NCBI GenBank assembly: GCA_965655095.1
Contig: OZ296649.1
Span: 117,428,001 to 117,492,000, forward strand
DNA length: 64,000 bases
DNA from: Haplodiscus bocki
Lineage: Eukaryota
Direction: 5' to 3'
Shown here: positions 30,814 through 43,800 of the stretch, in pieces
How positions within the stretch are numbered: the first letter of the stretch is position 1
Layout of the letters: each line of letters begins with the position of its first letter
The notes under the pieces: model-generated
The model's database searches: none
What the model saw: the letters and a program-made list of their open reading frames with translations, nothing else
Told to the model about the DNA's origin: nothing
Translations under genes and position numbers: made by a program

Positions 30814-33800
30814 TCATTGGTAGCAAGGTAGGAGCTTGATGTACTCTGAAACCTTCTCTCGAAACAGGTTGCTTGTGATTGGCTGTTTCCAGTCACACAA
30901 AGGGTTCTTTACCACGTATTCGACCCAAACCTAAACAAGCGGTAGAGGCCTTAAAATTGAACCGAATCAAAAATGACAAATTTATTGCAGAACATATGAA
31001 GTTACTTAGATTTTTTTCACCGAAATTTAAGACCTTGGCTGAAATTTTCCGCCTCAAAAGTTTCCGACACTTCCATTCCGTTGAAAAACTTGATTCGTTT
31101 GCTTTTAACTATTCGCAAAAGTCTATTGACCACTTATTTCGAGATCAAAATAATCGGAGCCGGTTTCAAGGCGGTTCCAGAGAAGTTTTAATTAACCTTC
31201 CCGGAAATTTCAATTCCATGCGACCTGTCATTTTTGCTGGCAGAAAATGAACTTTTTCGATGAACTAGATCCATCATTGAGAAATGTTGAAACACCACAC
31301 GTGATCAGCCAGATTTCATTGGAATACTAGAAAGCAGTTCCTCTTTATCTACCCTGCGTTTAACTTTCATTGAATCCCGCGTGTCTATGATAATTCCTAT
31401 TAATTTCCGTTGTCATAAATATTACGAAAAGAAAACCATTCCCTCAAAATGTAAACAATTATTCTCCGTAACTTTTATTCTCAGAGTGAACATGTTCACG
31501 TTTTTCAAACCACAAAAGGATTCTCTGGACACGTAGACTGCAGTTTTGACAATTGTGCCGAGATTTTTTGCCCAAAATTTTTGCTCAAAGTCCGATGCCA
31601 AAAAGGCTGTTAATAAATACAAATCTCGGTTACCAAATTCATGATATTTCAAAACAACAAGCTCGATGTGCTGCATCAAGGTTTAACCGACAGCTCTCCA
31701 CTTCAGGAAGGCTAGTCTATAGAGATAAAATCGATTTTGATCCTTTCGTCGGAATCCTGATAGTGTTAAAACTGCACAAAAGGCTAATTTAGACACATCT
31801 CGATAATTAAATTCCTTTTTCTCAATAATTACTTCCTCCATTCCATCCACAAAGGTCTCAATCATCAGCTTCTTTCTGGGGAGGACTACGGAAGAAAACA
31901 ATTATTGATTATTTGTTGTGTCCGAATCCTGATACCGCTGAAATGTCAAAAAGTGCTCATAATATTGACATCTCAACATTTTCATATTTCCTCATTACTA
32001 CGTGACTCACTCCTGCAAATGCCTCAATCAACAGCTTTTTACTGTAGGAACTCTGCAGGAGCTTTTTTACTTACCTAAAACTCATCACTTTCAGGCGAAC
32101 GTAACAAAAGCCAAGCGAGTCCCCTTCAGACACCCACACTGGAAAACTAAGGCAAATTCATACCTTTCCACTTTCAACTCAATTATTCTTGTTCAAAGCT
32201 CAGTATTTCTCCACTTAATTGACGGATGTTTCTGAAATCTGCAAAAAGTTATGGCAAGACTTTAATCTTTCACGTACCACGTTTTGGTTGCGGCCCGATA
32301 ATTTTTCCATAGTTCTTTCTGCGAAAGACACTTGAAAATTGAGTTTGGACACTTTGACCACAGTTGTCATACTATACGTAGTTTATTTCCGGATGAAAGG
32401 TTCCAAATTGCCTGTATTTTGCACCGGCTCAAAAAGAGACACTGCTCTATCACAAACTTAACTTCAGTCAGTCGTACAATTTTTCGATCTGTTTCTCTCC
32501 AAAAGAATGCTGAAAATCGAGCTTTTTCGGGTGTTTCGAAGATTTCTGTGAGTTTGAAATCTGTCAATTTGTCTCCTAGCTCCTCAATTAACTTCAATTT
32601 TGAGCAAACAACAGGAAAGCTCAAACCAATCAGATACTTCATTTTCGATCAGGTGACAAAGATTTACGATTGTTTTTTTTTCGAACAGATTTTGAAAAGA
32701 GATCTTTCCAATACTTTCCGTCACAGGTTCATTCCTTGTACCGGGAGGAAGTCCGTTAAAAGACCTCAACTTCACGTGGCATCAGAAAAAGACAAATTAT
32801 TAGGCTGTTACATTTAAGTTGCTGATGGGCTTCCGGTGGGCTTCTTTTCGAGAAAAATCTCGAAAATCCAGTTCATTATGGTCTTCCGGAAAAAAAATGT
32901 CAATTCGAAGTTCATCTTGGAACCTAGTTTTTCAACCTACTTGAATTTGAATAACTTTAATCAAAGACTTGCATGCATGAGATAGCTTTTATATTCAGTA
33001 TCAAATGATTCTCTATAGGTTTTTCGTTGTGAAAAATTTATTTTTTTGAAGTTTTTCGTTGATTTGAAGTCGTATATAAAAGAAGTCATTCAAAGAAGAC
33101 TCGATAATTCACACAGGAAGACTAGAGGACTTTGGTCGGTTGTAGCTCACGGTTTGGCTCCGTCGAAAAAAAATTTCGAAAGTCTTTGTAGCGAGAGAAA
33201 CTTGATAATCGAGCTAATTTCATCTATTTTGAGTTTTTCCTCAATTTTCGACTTATGTCTTCAGAGATTAGCCTGAAAATGTCCCCTTATAGATTCCTCC
33301 TCTGCAAAACAAAGTGACTCCAGTATCTTATCTACTAACTTGTGCGTGAGGCGATAGGTTTTTGCAAGATTTTTGGCGAGAAAACGTGATAATCGAGCAA
33401 CTGTCGAAAGTTTGAACTTCATTGTCGAGTTTCATTATCTTGGGACAGTTACGTCTAGAAACAACTAAACTTTTCCATTAACGTAAAAAGGAGCTCCAAA
33501 TTTCTACCAATTATTTTTGGGTCGCGATCAGAAAATTTGTCCAAAAATTTTTAACCATCGAAATGCCAAGGTTGGGATTTTTTGACAATTTGAAACCTTG
33601 AGTTTTTCAGGTTTCTATGCTGGAAACAAGGACTCAAAACTCAGTCGACTTGGCGTTGCAAAAACAAGAGCATTCCAATGTATCAAACACTACGTTTTAG
33701 TTAAAATCACAACAACCTTTTGGAAGGTTTTCTCCAAAAAAAAAATCGAAAATCGATCGATTCTACACTTCCTAAAAGCTTAGATGTATGTCAAATCCGT

Positions 33801-36800
33801 GAAGCACCGAGGTTTCATCCAAAAAAGTGATGGCACGAGTTTCCTGTTTCTAGGTCAGCTCTTGTCGCGCGCTTAGCATTGAGCCCTTAGTGCCTTTGTT
33901 TTCTCTTGATTTCTGTTTCGTCAAGACAGGCCGAAAATGCTAAAAGGTTATTAATTATATCTAGGTTTTCGAACCCATATTTCTGCACAGCTACGATCTT
34001 GAAACTTTCCAACAAGGTCTCGAGCGACACCTCTCTAGTTGAGAACTATTCAATAGAAAAATGATATAGCTTGATCCTTGAGTCGGAATCCTCATAGTCC
34101 CAATAGGCCAAAAATTGATATTAGATTTGATTTATTCCTATTTCCAAATTCATATTCCCCGAAGTATTTGCTTGACTTCTTCCCATCAAATTAAAAATTG
34201 ACAGGATTCTATCTATAGAAAAGTCTTAGAAATGAAATTCCTTGATTTGTGCACAAGCAACAGAACTTTCAAGGTAGGCCCAAAAGTGCAATTTTTATTG
34301 CTATTTTTTCGATATTGAAACTCCCAATAATCTAAATTCAAAATGTATGCAAAAAGTGCGGAATGAAGTTCAGTTATTCCAGCAATGGTATCGAGAAAAG
34401 AGGCAGCTTTGTTGTGTTTTCATCCATAATTTTTTTCTGGAAGCAAAAGTTATTTTACTGCCCGTTTAACAAAAAATCACTTTTCAGCTAAATTCGAGAT
34501 TTGAGATGTAAATTTTGGGCCATACCGTGAGCCAAGCAGCATAACTCTTACACCGAAATCCTGATTATCGAGAAAATGTGCGCTAAATTGTAAAATCTTT
34601 GATCAGGATGTTATTATGCACCATCTGTCTGTCAAATGACTTGTGCGCAAATTGAGCAATATTGCGCGCCGCACTAAATAGCCAGCCCCGGTGCAACCGT
34701 TACTCATCACATTGTTTTGGAAAATTGGAATTAGGAGGTATCTTTAACCGTGGATTTCACCATAAAACTGAAGCTTTGAAGACTTTTCATTACCGTTTTG
34801 TGAAGGTCTTGTAAAATGTTTCTGATATCTCCAACGGAAGGATCGGTGGTCAGTACGAACACAATACCGGAAGGAGTTTCGTAGTAGTGCACTTTCACCT
34901 TGTTGGTTTTGTACGACACAAAAGGCTCTTTGCAGTCCGTCGGAGATACTCTTTGCATGAAGTCTTTCAAAGAATAAATGATGCCAAGCATATTATCCTA
35001 CAACACACACAACTGTTATTTTTCGCCCAATATTTTATGTTTGGAAGGAAAATCATTGTTTAACATATAGATTTTTACATCCATTTTGCCAATTGCACGA
35101 TGAAGCAAAACTTCACGCAAAAAAAAACTTTCACCAAATTTTTCCCAGGTTTCCCGTAGAAAGCGTCTAGCACAGTGGTCTTTCAAAAATAAAAACATTT
35201 TTAGTTTGAATTACGGCATTTTTAGGTTTTTTTCGCAATTTGGAAGGCGGAATATATCCCGGAGTTAGCCGGATATCTTATTTTATGTTTCATTAGCAAC
35301 GTGTTTCGATGTTCGACAGCATCATTATCAGGTTTTAATGGAAAGCCAAACTTCCTTCTGCAGAAGTGACGAATTTCCAAGTTTCGTAAACTGTACCCTC
35401 AAAACTGCGAAGGTTTGCAGCAGATATTGACATAGAAAAAACTTAAGACCAAGCAACGCATCATTACCTCAAAATTTTACACTCATCGGCAAAACTCTTG
35501 GTCACTCTGAATTTCAGAATTTTTTCAGAGCTCAACAGGAATTGTTATGAAAACATACTTAAATGATGAGCATATCAGAATCATTTCAGAGCTCGAGTAG
35601 AAATTTTTATGAAAGCATACTTGAACGTTGAAAGTGTTGTCCTCCACAAAGTTTTACTCGCGATTTCAATGTGTTCCAGCAGTAAGAATGCTAATTAATT
35701 TCCGGAGAAGATGTTTTTTTACGATTGCACGGGTGTGGGAGAAATTATCAAAACAACTGTCTCCGTTGATCGCTTGAACTAGAAAGCTGGCGAAACTTAC
35801 ACAAAAGGTTAGAAAAAGCATAGGCATCAAGGATGCTAGGTAAAAAACGCTAAGAATTTAAAACAATTAAAAAAATGGAATTGAGCGAGTAAATCAAAAT
35901 GTCAAAAAAGTTGAAAAAGCGGAAAATAGGACGCGAGTTCAATTGACAAATTTGAGAATTTTTGAAGAAAAAACTGAATATTTCTGAAATCGAAGAGTAA
36001 ACAGTGAAGTTCGCTTTAGCTGGGGGGAAGCGCAACAAGTATATAAAATAAATGAATAGAAGTAAACAAAAAAATTCTCCGCTTCAATTTGTCAATCAGC
36101 TGGCCAGTCGTATGGATTTGCGAAGTGCGAAGAAAAATAGGCATCAAGGATGCCAGGCATTAACCGCTAAGAATTTAGAATAGTGAGAAAACTGGAGTTG
36201 GAAAATTAAAAAATCCCATAGCATCGAACATTCAAAGCGTTCCCAATATCGGAGTAAACAATGGTCAACTGGTCAATTTTTGACGCTTTAAATGGTTTGC
36301 AATTTTTGACGCTCTGCAAATCAACACATTTTAAACGCGAGGAATGGTCACATTCTGAAAACGTGGAAAACAATATGCCATTTGATGTCACAGGTTTGAG
36401 AATAATTGAATCTAAGCTCCAGCTACTATAAATACTTTAAGTCTAAGAGTAAACAGTGATGCTCGCTCTGGCGCAGGGAAGTGGAAAGTTAGTACAAAAT
36501 AATAAAAGTAGATAATGAATTTGATGAGGTATATTTTTGTTATCATGAATTTTTCACATACCACAACTATTAGGTTGACTTCCGGTTTAAGGTGGTGTGA
36601 CGTAGCGTTAGCCGACTTAAGCTTCGTTGTTAATCATTATGTACTTAACATCTGAGAAAAAGCCGAGACAAATGCATCTAATTCCATGATAAAAAGATTG
36701 AGCGGTGCTTCGTGGAGCATCATTTGAAATTTCTCGGTGCTTTCGGTGAAAACTACCAAACAATTACACCAATTCTTCCTTTAGTTCGTAACACACTCTG

Positions 36801-39800
36801 TTTTCGAACCATTTTTATAGCACCAGGAAAACTACAATTTTGAGTACAAAGACGTGTGAAAAAACCATTTTAATTACCGAATTTTGTGAAAAAATCGAAT
36901 TTCTCCTAACTGTGACAGGCCCAACAAGTATTTTGAAGTTTTATTTTTGCGACGATTCTGTTTTGATTCCCGTTTACTATACCGACAATTTTATTCGACG
37001 AGTAGCTGGCAATATTCTTTCGGCGTTTTTCGACCAGGATGTAGGAAAGATCACCGGACATTTTCGTTTCGAACAAGACGGCTTTCCTTGGTAAGTCAGA
37101 GGTGTTAGCGTCTTCATAATTATTATACATTAGAATTCTTTCAAATTGCGCGCAAAAATATTCAATATCTTTTTCATATGTCATTGCATAGAAATCAAAG
37201 AAATCATCTTCAAAATACAGCATTTATTGACAGAAAAAAAACGGAAAATTTCAAGGTAGTTAAAATTTAGCCACAACTACAAGTACTACAAGAAATATCA
37301 AAACTCGATACCAAAGACACTGTTGAAAACCTTCCGCCAATATGAATTAGATATCCTCGGAAACGTTTCGGCTATTTTGTTATTATTTTCCGCCCATATT
37401 TAAAATATGGAAAGAAAATCATCCACTCAAAACGGTCAAATACGACGTTTTTTCAACACTAACTTGCCTTGCCAACTGATGTCTTCGGACACTTTTTGAC
37501 CTTGAAAAATGTTTATCATCAAATTTTACCAATTTGCCGAAGAGTGCGACTGAAATAGTAAGATTTCAAACTTTGAAAAATTTGGGTATTTTTCAAAAAA
37601 ATAGATGGTTTTCTTCAAAATCGTTAAGGAAGGCAAACTTGCTGTAGAATGAGAATCAAATGATATCATTTCTTAGAAATATCATCTCCACCTTAACCAG
37701 GTTTTTTGGCAGAAAATCAGAAAAATTTTAAAGTTGGAAAAAATTATGACGAAGAAAGAGCATTTTGAAAAAAAAAAACGCTTTCATCTTCGTGAAAGGC
37801 ATTTTTACCAAAAAGTGAAAGCGAAAATCCCGGTGGTAGACGGTCGTCTTGTTAGCTTTTCAGTTAACACAATCGTCTTACTGACCTTAGAAAATCTTAC
37901 TTAGTTTAGAATATTTTGGTCCAGGGTTTGCGTTTCCGTAACACCAGCAACATTTCTTGACCAGTGTTGGACGTGTCGGAAACCGAAGCAGATGATTTGA
38001 CTGTCAATTTTCTCGAGTATCCCTCATACAGGGGTCAGATACCGGACCGGTGAACTGCTGGAACTGGAAATTATGTCATTTGATGAAAATTATACCTGTT
38101 TAAAGTATTACACAGAGACGGAGCGGAAGTTCGCAACATACTCTGAATTGTCAGCTGATAACGAAGACCTTGAACAAATCAAAGGCCCTGAGAGGTATTT
38201 GAACCTTGATCGGACACATGATTGACACTTATAGAAATATTACACCAGATGTCTGTCAGAAGGTTGTTCGAAGAAGTTTGAAATGAAACAAGAACCTGTA
38301 ACAGTACCTGATACTGGAAAAGTTCATCTGTCAATCATGGCTTCTTAGATTCGCTAAGTAGCCGCGCAATGTTTAAAAGACTTAAACAGTAAACAACGCC
38401 TAAAATTCCAAGCTCTCAAAGTGGCCAACATCTGTAAAAAAAAAAGATCAAAAATTCTTTCATGTCCAATGTCTCGTTTACTAATAATAACCATTTTCAG
38501 AGCTCAAAAATTTTATACAAGTAACGTTTTTTGGGGACACCTAACACACTTCCCATACTGTTTCATATTCGAAACATTTTTGTGAAGCAGTACCTTTTAG
38601 AATGCTGTTATTCATTTTCCAAACCAAGGTTCAAAACTTTTGCATTTTTCAGAACGCGAAAATAAACAAGTACTTGTCAAGATGTTTCAAAAAGAAGCTT
38701 TTTTGACCGTTTACACCACATAACTGGATTCTCTGATGACGTCATAAAAAGCAAGTTATGGATGGGATATGAAAAACTATGCATAAACCGGTTTCCAATA
38801 CACATTCTTCCTTTCAGTAAGAATGTGTAATAAAAATTATGTTCAAAAAAATCAAATATACGAAATCTATCGAATATCGCCTTTTTAGATAAGAAAATCC
38901 TTTCCGTTCTCTAAATCGATGCGAAGCACTTGGCTCGGAAGCAACCAACGGATTTTTTTCAAAGTGGGGGAAAAATTTGGACAAAATACAAATTAGTGCA
39001 AAGTTTGTTTTATGCGAGCAGAGCATTCTTACTAAGGTGCATCTAAGGGAGCCGGGCTGGAGTACTGCATGCACCCGCGGTAAGTTATCTCTGTGGTGGT
39101 AAACAAGGGCGGAGTGAAGTTCTTGGCCGTCGGTCAAGACATATGAACACAGAAACAAATAGTGAACAAATCGCCTACATATTACTGATTTTTGAAGGGG
39201 TCATGACAGTACTATTACCACTGATAACAAGTTTACAGAAAATCAGTTAATTCTTTTACATTTATAAACAATAAAGAAACGCTATAATATTTCATTCGCC
39301 TCATATTCTAAAAAAACACTGATTCGCATTTGACAATGACAGTCACGTAGAGCAAGCAACTGCAGCGCCAAGGGTCCCTGAGTGGAGCTTAGGCCACTTT
39401 GGTCAAATCTAGGAACTAGTGTCAGTTGTGAACGCATCGGAAAAAAATATTAAAGACTGTTACAACACTCGCTTGCGCAAGTGTAATTACCTAGTTCATT
39501 GTCTTGTTATTCGCTCATCATCAAGCGTTCAACTTCTTACACAGTCCTATATAAAATGAAGATGGTGAACCATAGCTCGGCTTTTCGAAACTCAAAATTT
39601 TTCTGACGTCATTGCCGAAAGAACGAAGCGAGCGAGCGAAAATAGCGAACCAATAAAAAGCGAGTAAATAAAACTTATAGATTGTGTTTCGGTTACGGCG
39701 TCATGATGATCATGTCGAATGAAGAACGCGAGTTTATCAAGTCGTCCGCTATATTTACTTGCCTGCTTTATTCATTCAGCGTGCTAATAATGACTTCAAA

Positions 39801-40041
39801 GCCGTAAGAAAAACGTGAACGGATCTTTGAAATGTTTTGACAGATTGAAAATTTTATCTACCGATCTGTCGGAGAAGGGTTTGCTAGTGATATCTAATGC
39901 TAGGGAATAAAATGAAAAGCGTGAGCAAACCTGGTCATCTTTCTCTTTGAAATCTTGGCCCTTGTGTCGTCGATTGAATTCGTTGTAGTAAACACACTTC
40001 CCGACGTATAGGTTAAAAATATATAAATTGAAAATCGGCAT
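30814..40041 (-). CDS. TRAPPC1: Trafficking protein particle complex subunit 1 (BET5, sybindin/longin-like), 3 exons, 143 aa
   Basis: Exons 40041-39931 (MPIFNLYIFN..GKCVYYNEFNR), 34997-34794 (MLGIIYSLKDFMQRVSPTD..SYKTNK..HYYETPSGIVFVLTTD) and 30930-30814 (VWVEYVVKNPLCDWKQPITSNLFREKV, not in the ORF track). All junctions are phase 0. Confidence 0.93.
31560..32230 (-). repeat. Inverted copy of the 17250-17790 repeat, in TRAPPC1 intron 2
   Basis: ORF 31683-31901 is homologous to ORF 17428-17682, and the flanking DNA is shared (CCAGTGTGGGTGTCTGAAGGG, GCATTTGCAGGAGTGAGTCA). Confidence 0.7.
32230..33910 (+). repeat. Repeat family with degenerate internal ~200-bp subrepeats (also ~5640-6525 and ~14560-15100); possibly Helentron-associated
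   Basis: Recurrent TTTTGGTTGCGG.CCGA.AATTT and GGCACGTAG motifs. A shared end GTGATGGCA..TTT.CT.GTTT..TCTTG.CGCG..C.TAGC..T.AGCCCT.A.TGCCT.TGTT occurs at 6451-6520 and 33827-33900. Confidence 0.5.
35292..35337 (-). ncRNA. Degenerate hammerhead-like motif (probable PLE terminal-repeat remnant) in TRAPPC1 intron 1
   Basis: Minus strand reads CTGATAA-T-GATG-ctgtcgaa-CATC-GAAA-CACG-TT. Core G8 is replaced by A. Confidence 0.35.
39545..39887 (+). mobile_element. Short non-autonomous Helitron in TRAPPC1 intron 1
   Basis: 5' TCCTATATAAAATG; 3' hairpin CCGA-tctg-TCGG then GTTTGCTAG|T. A homologous interrupted copy lies at ~42570-43882. Confidence 0.55.
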
Positions 40042-40553
40042 AAATTCACTCTTCTAAAAAAATAACCATCCGATTGTTATTTCACAATATTACGCAATCA
40101 AATTATCTGTTGCAGTCTACTTTGAAGCAAACAAAATCTGAAAAAAAAACAGCAGAGGTATATTCAAGCGCATTTGTACCAAAAGCTAGAATGGATATCT
40201 TGGGAGAAAACATTCTTTTTTCCCCATCCCGGTAATTGGAATGTGAGGAACAACAAAAAATTCAGGAACGTCTTCTTAAATAACTATTTGTGTAGGTGCC
40301 TTCATTTTTTGCCGCAAAGTGGTCCCAAGTGCTATTTTATTGCTGTTTGCATGTATAGGATTGAATAAATAGAAACGGTTTTTAGGCCCCTGCTTTAAAC
40401 GTCAGAGTAAACTAATGACGATTGAGAAGATTCCAGAGAGAAAATAATGATTTCAATTTTCAGATAGAACACGATGACGAGACGTTAAACAAAGATATCC
40501 AAAATTAAGTTCAAATCAAAATACATATTTACACATTTAAACCTTTCAAACAT

Positions 40554-40559
40554 TTTATT
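40554..40559 (-). promoter_or_regulatory. Candidate polyadenylation signal (AATAAA) of WDPCP
   Basis: AATAAA ~290 nt after the WDPCP stop, followed by a U/GU-rich tract on the minus strand. Confidence 0.45.
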
Positions 40560-40850
40560 AAAGCAACATAACCTATTTACAATTTTAAAGCTGAATGATA
40601 GAAAAAATCAAGATAGAGAAAAGCTTCGAAGTTTCTGCTCAATAATTCAAAGCAAATGCACGCTGTTTTGGGTTTTATAGTCCAATCCTAGCATGAGAGT
40701 TAAAAATGTTTTGTCTCAGATTTAACTTATTTGAGCTTATAGACTGGTAACTTCGGTTGCAAACATGACCATACTAATTGCTGAAGATTTTATTCGTGTG
40801 CAAAAATTGACGAAACGTCTGACCGATAGGATTTACACTCTACATCAGGC

Positions 40851-43800
40851 TCAAAGAATGCCGAACTGGAATAATTCACCGGGTGAAACTTTCATCGCTT
40901 TTGTAGTATTTGTAGATTTTTGTTCATTTCCATCGGCTGAATCATCATCTTCGCTTTCTTCACTGTCTTCTACGGGCTCATTGATGAGATACATATTTTG
41001 GAATGCCTTTTCCACAACCGGAATTGGTACACTGTGGCCTCTTTGCAATTCTTCCATGTTGGGAATGGGTAAATTGACAGGCATCGCCATATCATGGTTC
41101 ATTTCACTCTCACTTGGAACGGGGATTTTAGGAAAAAGCGCTGACGTCGATTCGGGGTAGTTCTGCTCCTTCAACATGTTCTCTGCGTGCATGCGTGCAA
41201 CATTTGCCAATTCAAACTCGTGTAAATCGAGCGCCATGTGACACACGTCCTGTGAAATTCAAGTCAAGTAACGCTTTTAAAGTGCCTTGTGTACGGCAGG
41301 CCTTTCAGAAACTATAAAACAAATTATCACTTCAGAGCAGAGTGAAACCTTTCCGAGGTCCAACTTTGCTCGAGTAAAAACACGAAAATTTAAGATGAGA
41401 ATTCCTAAGCGCTTACAGTAGTGTTTTGAAAGAATGGAGCTTAAGAGCACTCACTGACGGTATTCAGCCAATAGGATCTCGTTATTTGCTCTCAATTCGC
41501 AATCGCATTGGTTAATATTTCCCAATTTTGGTATTCTCTGTCGCTTTTTTTGAAATATGACTAAGTTAGAAAAAACTTTTTCAAGAAATTATGTACAACA
41601 AAAATTTCCCAGAATTTCTTGAATCCTGTGATATATTTTGATTGAACAAATATTTTGAAATTAAATAGAAATCGCAATTTTTGAAAATACAATTCTTAAA
41701 ACCTATCTCAAAACATGTAACTTCAAAGTTCATTGTACAAAAACAACAATTTTATGCGCAATTTGAAAAAAAATTTGAAAACGAAGTATATTGATGGTTT
41801 CAAGATATTTAGGGGAACGTTTACATGAAAATTGTGTCCGAAAAATTTTTCTCTGAGGCCTTTAAATACCAGAAATACACAAAATTTATTTAAAATTACC
41901 CAAAAATGACCATTTCTAACTTTTGCTGTACTGGTTGCAAAATTTCGAAACATAAACGATTGTAAATCTAAGAAATTTTTCTTCCTACCAAAACTAACCT
42001 CTTCGAATAGTTTCAGAGAAGTTGATGTCTAAAGTTGGTCAATTAATGCATAGGAGCTCCGTTCTCTTAAAACACTACTGTACTCTAGGGTACCTTTTGT
42101 ATCTGTGATAGAAAATAATTATCTTGAGAAACGGTTTCGCATGGATTATCACGATGACACTTGAAATTTTAATTACACTAACAACCTATCCCACAAAACA
42201 CCCTTGTCGTTTTCAACTGAAAAACATGACCATCGACATTGCTCCTTTTTCACTTTTCTTGAAGCCGGGAGAGAAAAATTGTAATACTAAAAAGAAGATA
42301 CCTACGCAGCATGATTGTGACCTTGTTGTAAACAAATGGGAATTTTAATTACTCAACATTTGCTAGGGTTTAAAACTCCATCGAGGCCAATTTTGGAGGA
42401 AATTTCAGTTTATATCGATGACTAATAGAGTAAACACCTTTCCAGCAAGTGATGAAGATGACTAATCGAGTATCTTCCCGGCAAGTTTATCGACAATCCC
42501 GAATAAAATGGAGATAATGATCCGTGTCTCGGCTTTTCAAAACTATAAAAAATTTTCTGCCGTCATTGCCGAAGTCAGCAAGTGAAAATAACTGGCCAAT
42601 AGAAAGCGAATAAAAAAAACTCCGTAGCTGTGTTTCGGCAATAGTGTCAATATGATCATGCCGAATGAAAAAAGCGAGAGAGTTCATCAAGTCATCCGCT
42701 ACATTCACTCACTTGCTTAATTCATACAGCGTGATAGGCGTCAAATTTAGGCGGCGCCCATTTCCGTCTTTTCCGCCTATTTTGATCAAGTCTGCACCTT
42801 TTTTCGTCTCAATACCCTATTTCTGAGATATGTAGCTCATACATGAGAATGATAGCGCGTGTTTCTGAGAAATACAGATAAAACAAAAAATCAGAACATA
42901 TTTCTGAGAGCTACAGCGCACTTTATTCAATTATGCGTCTTGTTTCTCTAAATCGTTACAAGAATTCTGAGAAATAGTTGATTTTAGACTTAAGTATGGC
43001 TGGTCACGCGTCATCGGAGGTGACATTACGTGCAAATATAAATGGTATACACTGTTCGAAAACATTGGGATCTATAAATGATGGCTTTGAAGTTGACTGC
43101 AATGTGCCAGTTCTGCGGATAACGTTCGAAACACATTGAGCAGCACATTAAGATCAAAAGCTAAAAAAAATAAATCGACATTTGATATTTTTTAAACAGG
43201 TTATGGAGAAAATAGAGCCTGTCTGCAGCAGCAGCTATAGTTTGCCAGGAAATGGAGAAACCGGGAATCATTAAAAGTATGGTTTTGGTCAGCATTCAAG
43301 GTTCGTGTTGGGTACCCCAAAGAATTAGAAACGAGCGATTTTAGCGTTGTTAAAGCAAATGTCGAATTCGGGCAATTATCCGAAAAATTAATTGACCTGA
43401 AAATTGGAAATATTATAGCAGAAATACTCTTGAATAAGTTGCAAAGAAATCGGGTCTAACAACTGCAGCAAGAATGGCGAGGGGAGAGGGTGTCAGTGAA
43501 CCTCAGGAAATAACTATCTACTCGTTTGCTCCCTGTACTTCTTGTCAATTGAAAATTTTTTTCCCGATCGTACATTCCTTTTTGCAGGACAAAGTAACAT
43601 AACCGAAGCTACACTGCTGAAATTGTTATTTGTTCAGTATAATATCAAACGTTTTTGAAATTTCATATGAATTTAATTGAATGCTTTGTTTCGCCTGTTT
43701 TTCCGCCTAAAGTGGAAGTTTTCCGCCTAAAACGGCCACCTTTTTTTTAGACATTTTCAGCCCAAATTTGACTTACCTAGTGATAACACTGACTCTGGAA

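Noticed and set aside
32332-32817. 161-aa plus-strand ORF
   Set aside because: It lies inside a degenerate non-coding repeat family, has a non-ATG start and shows no protein motif.
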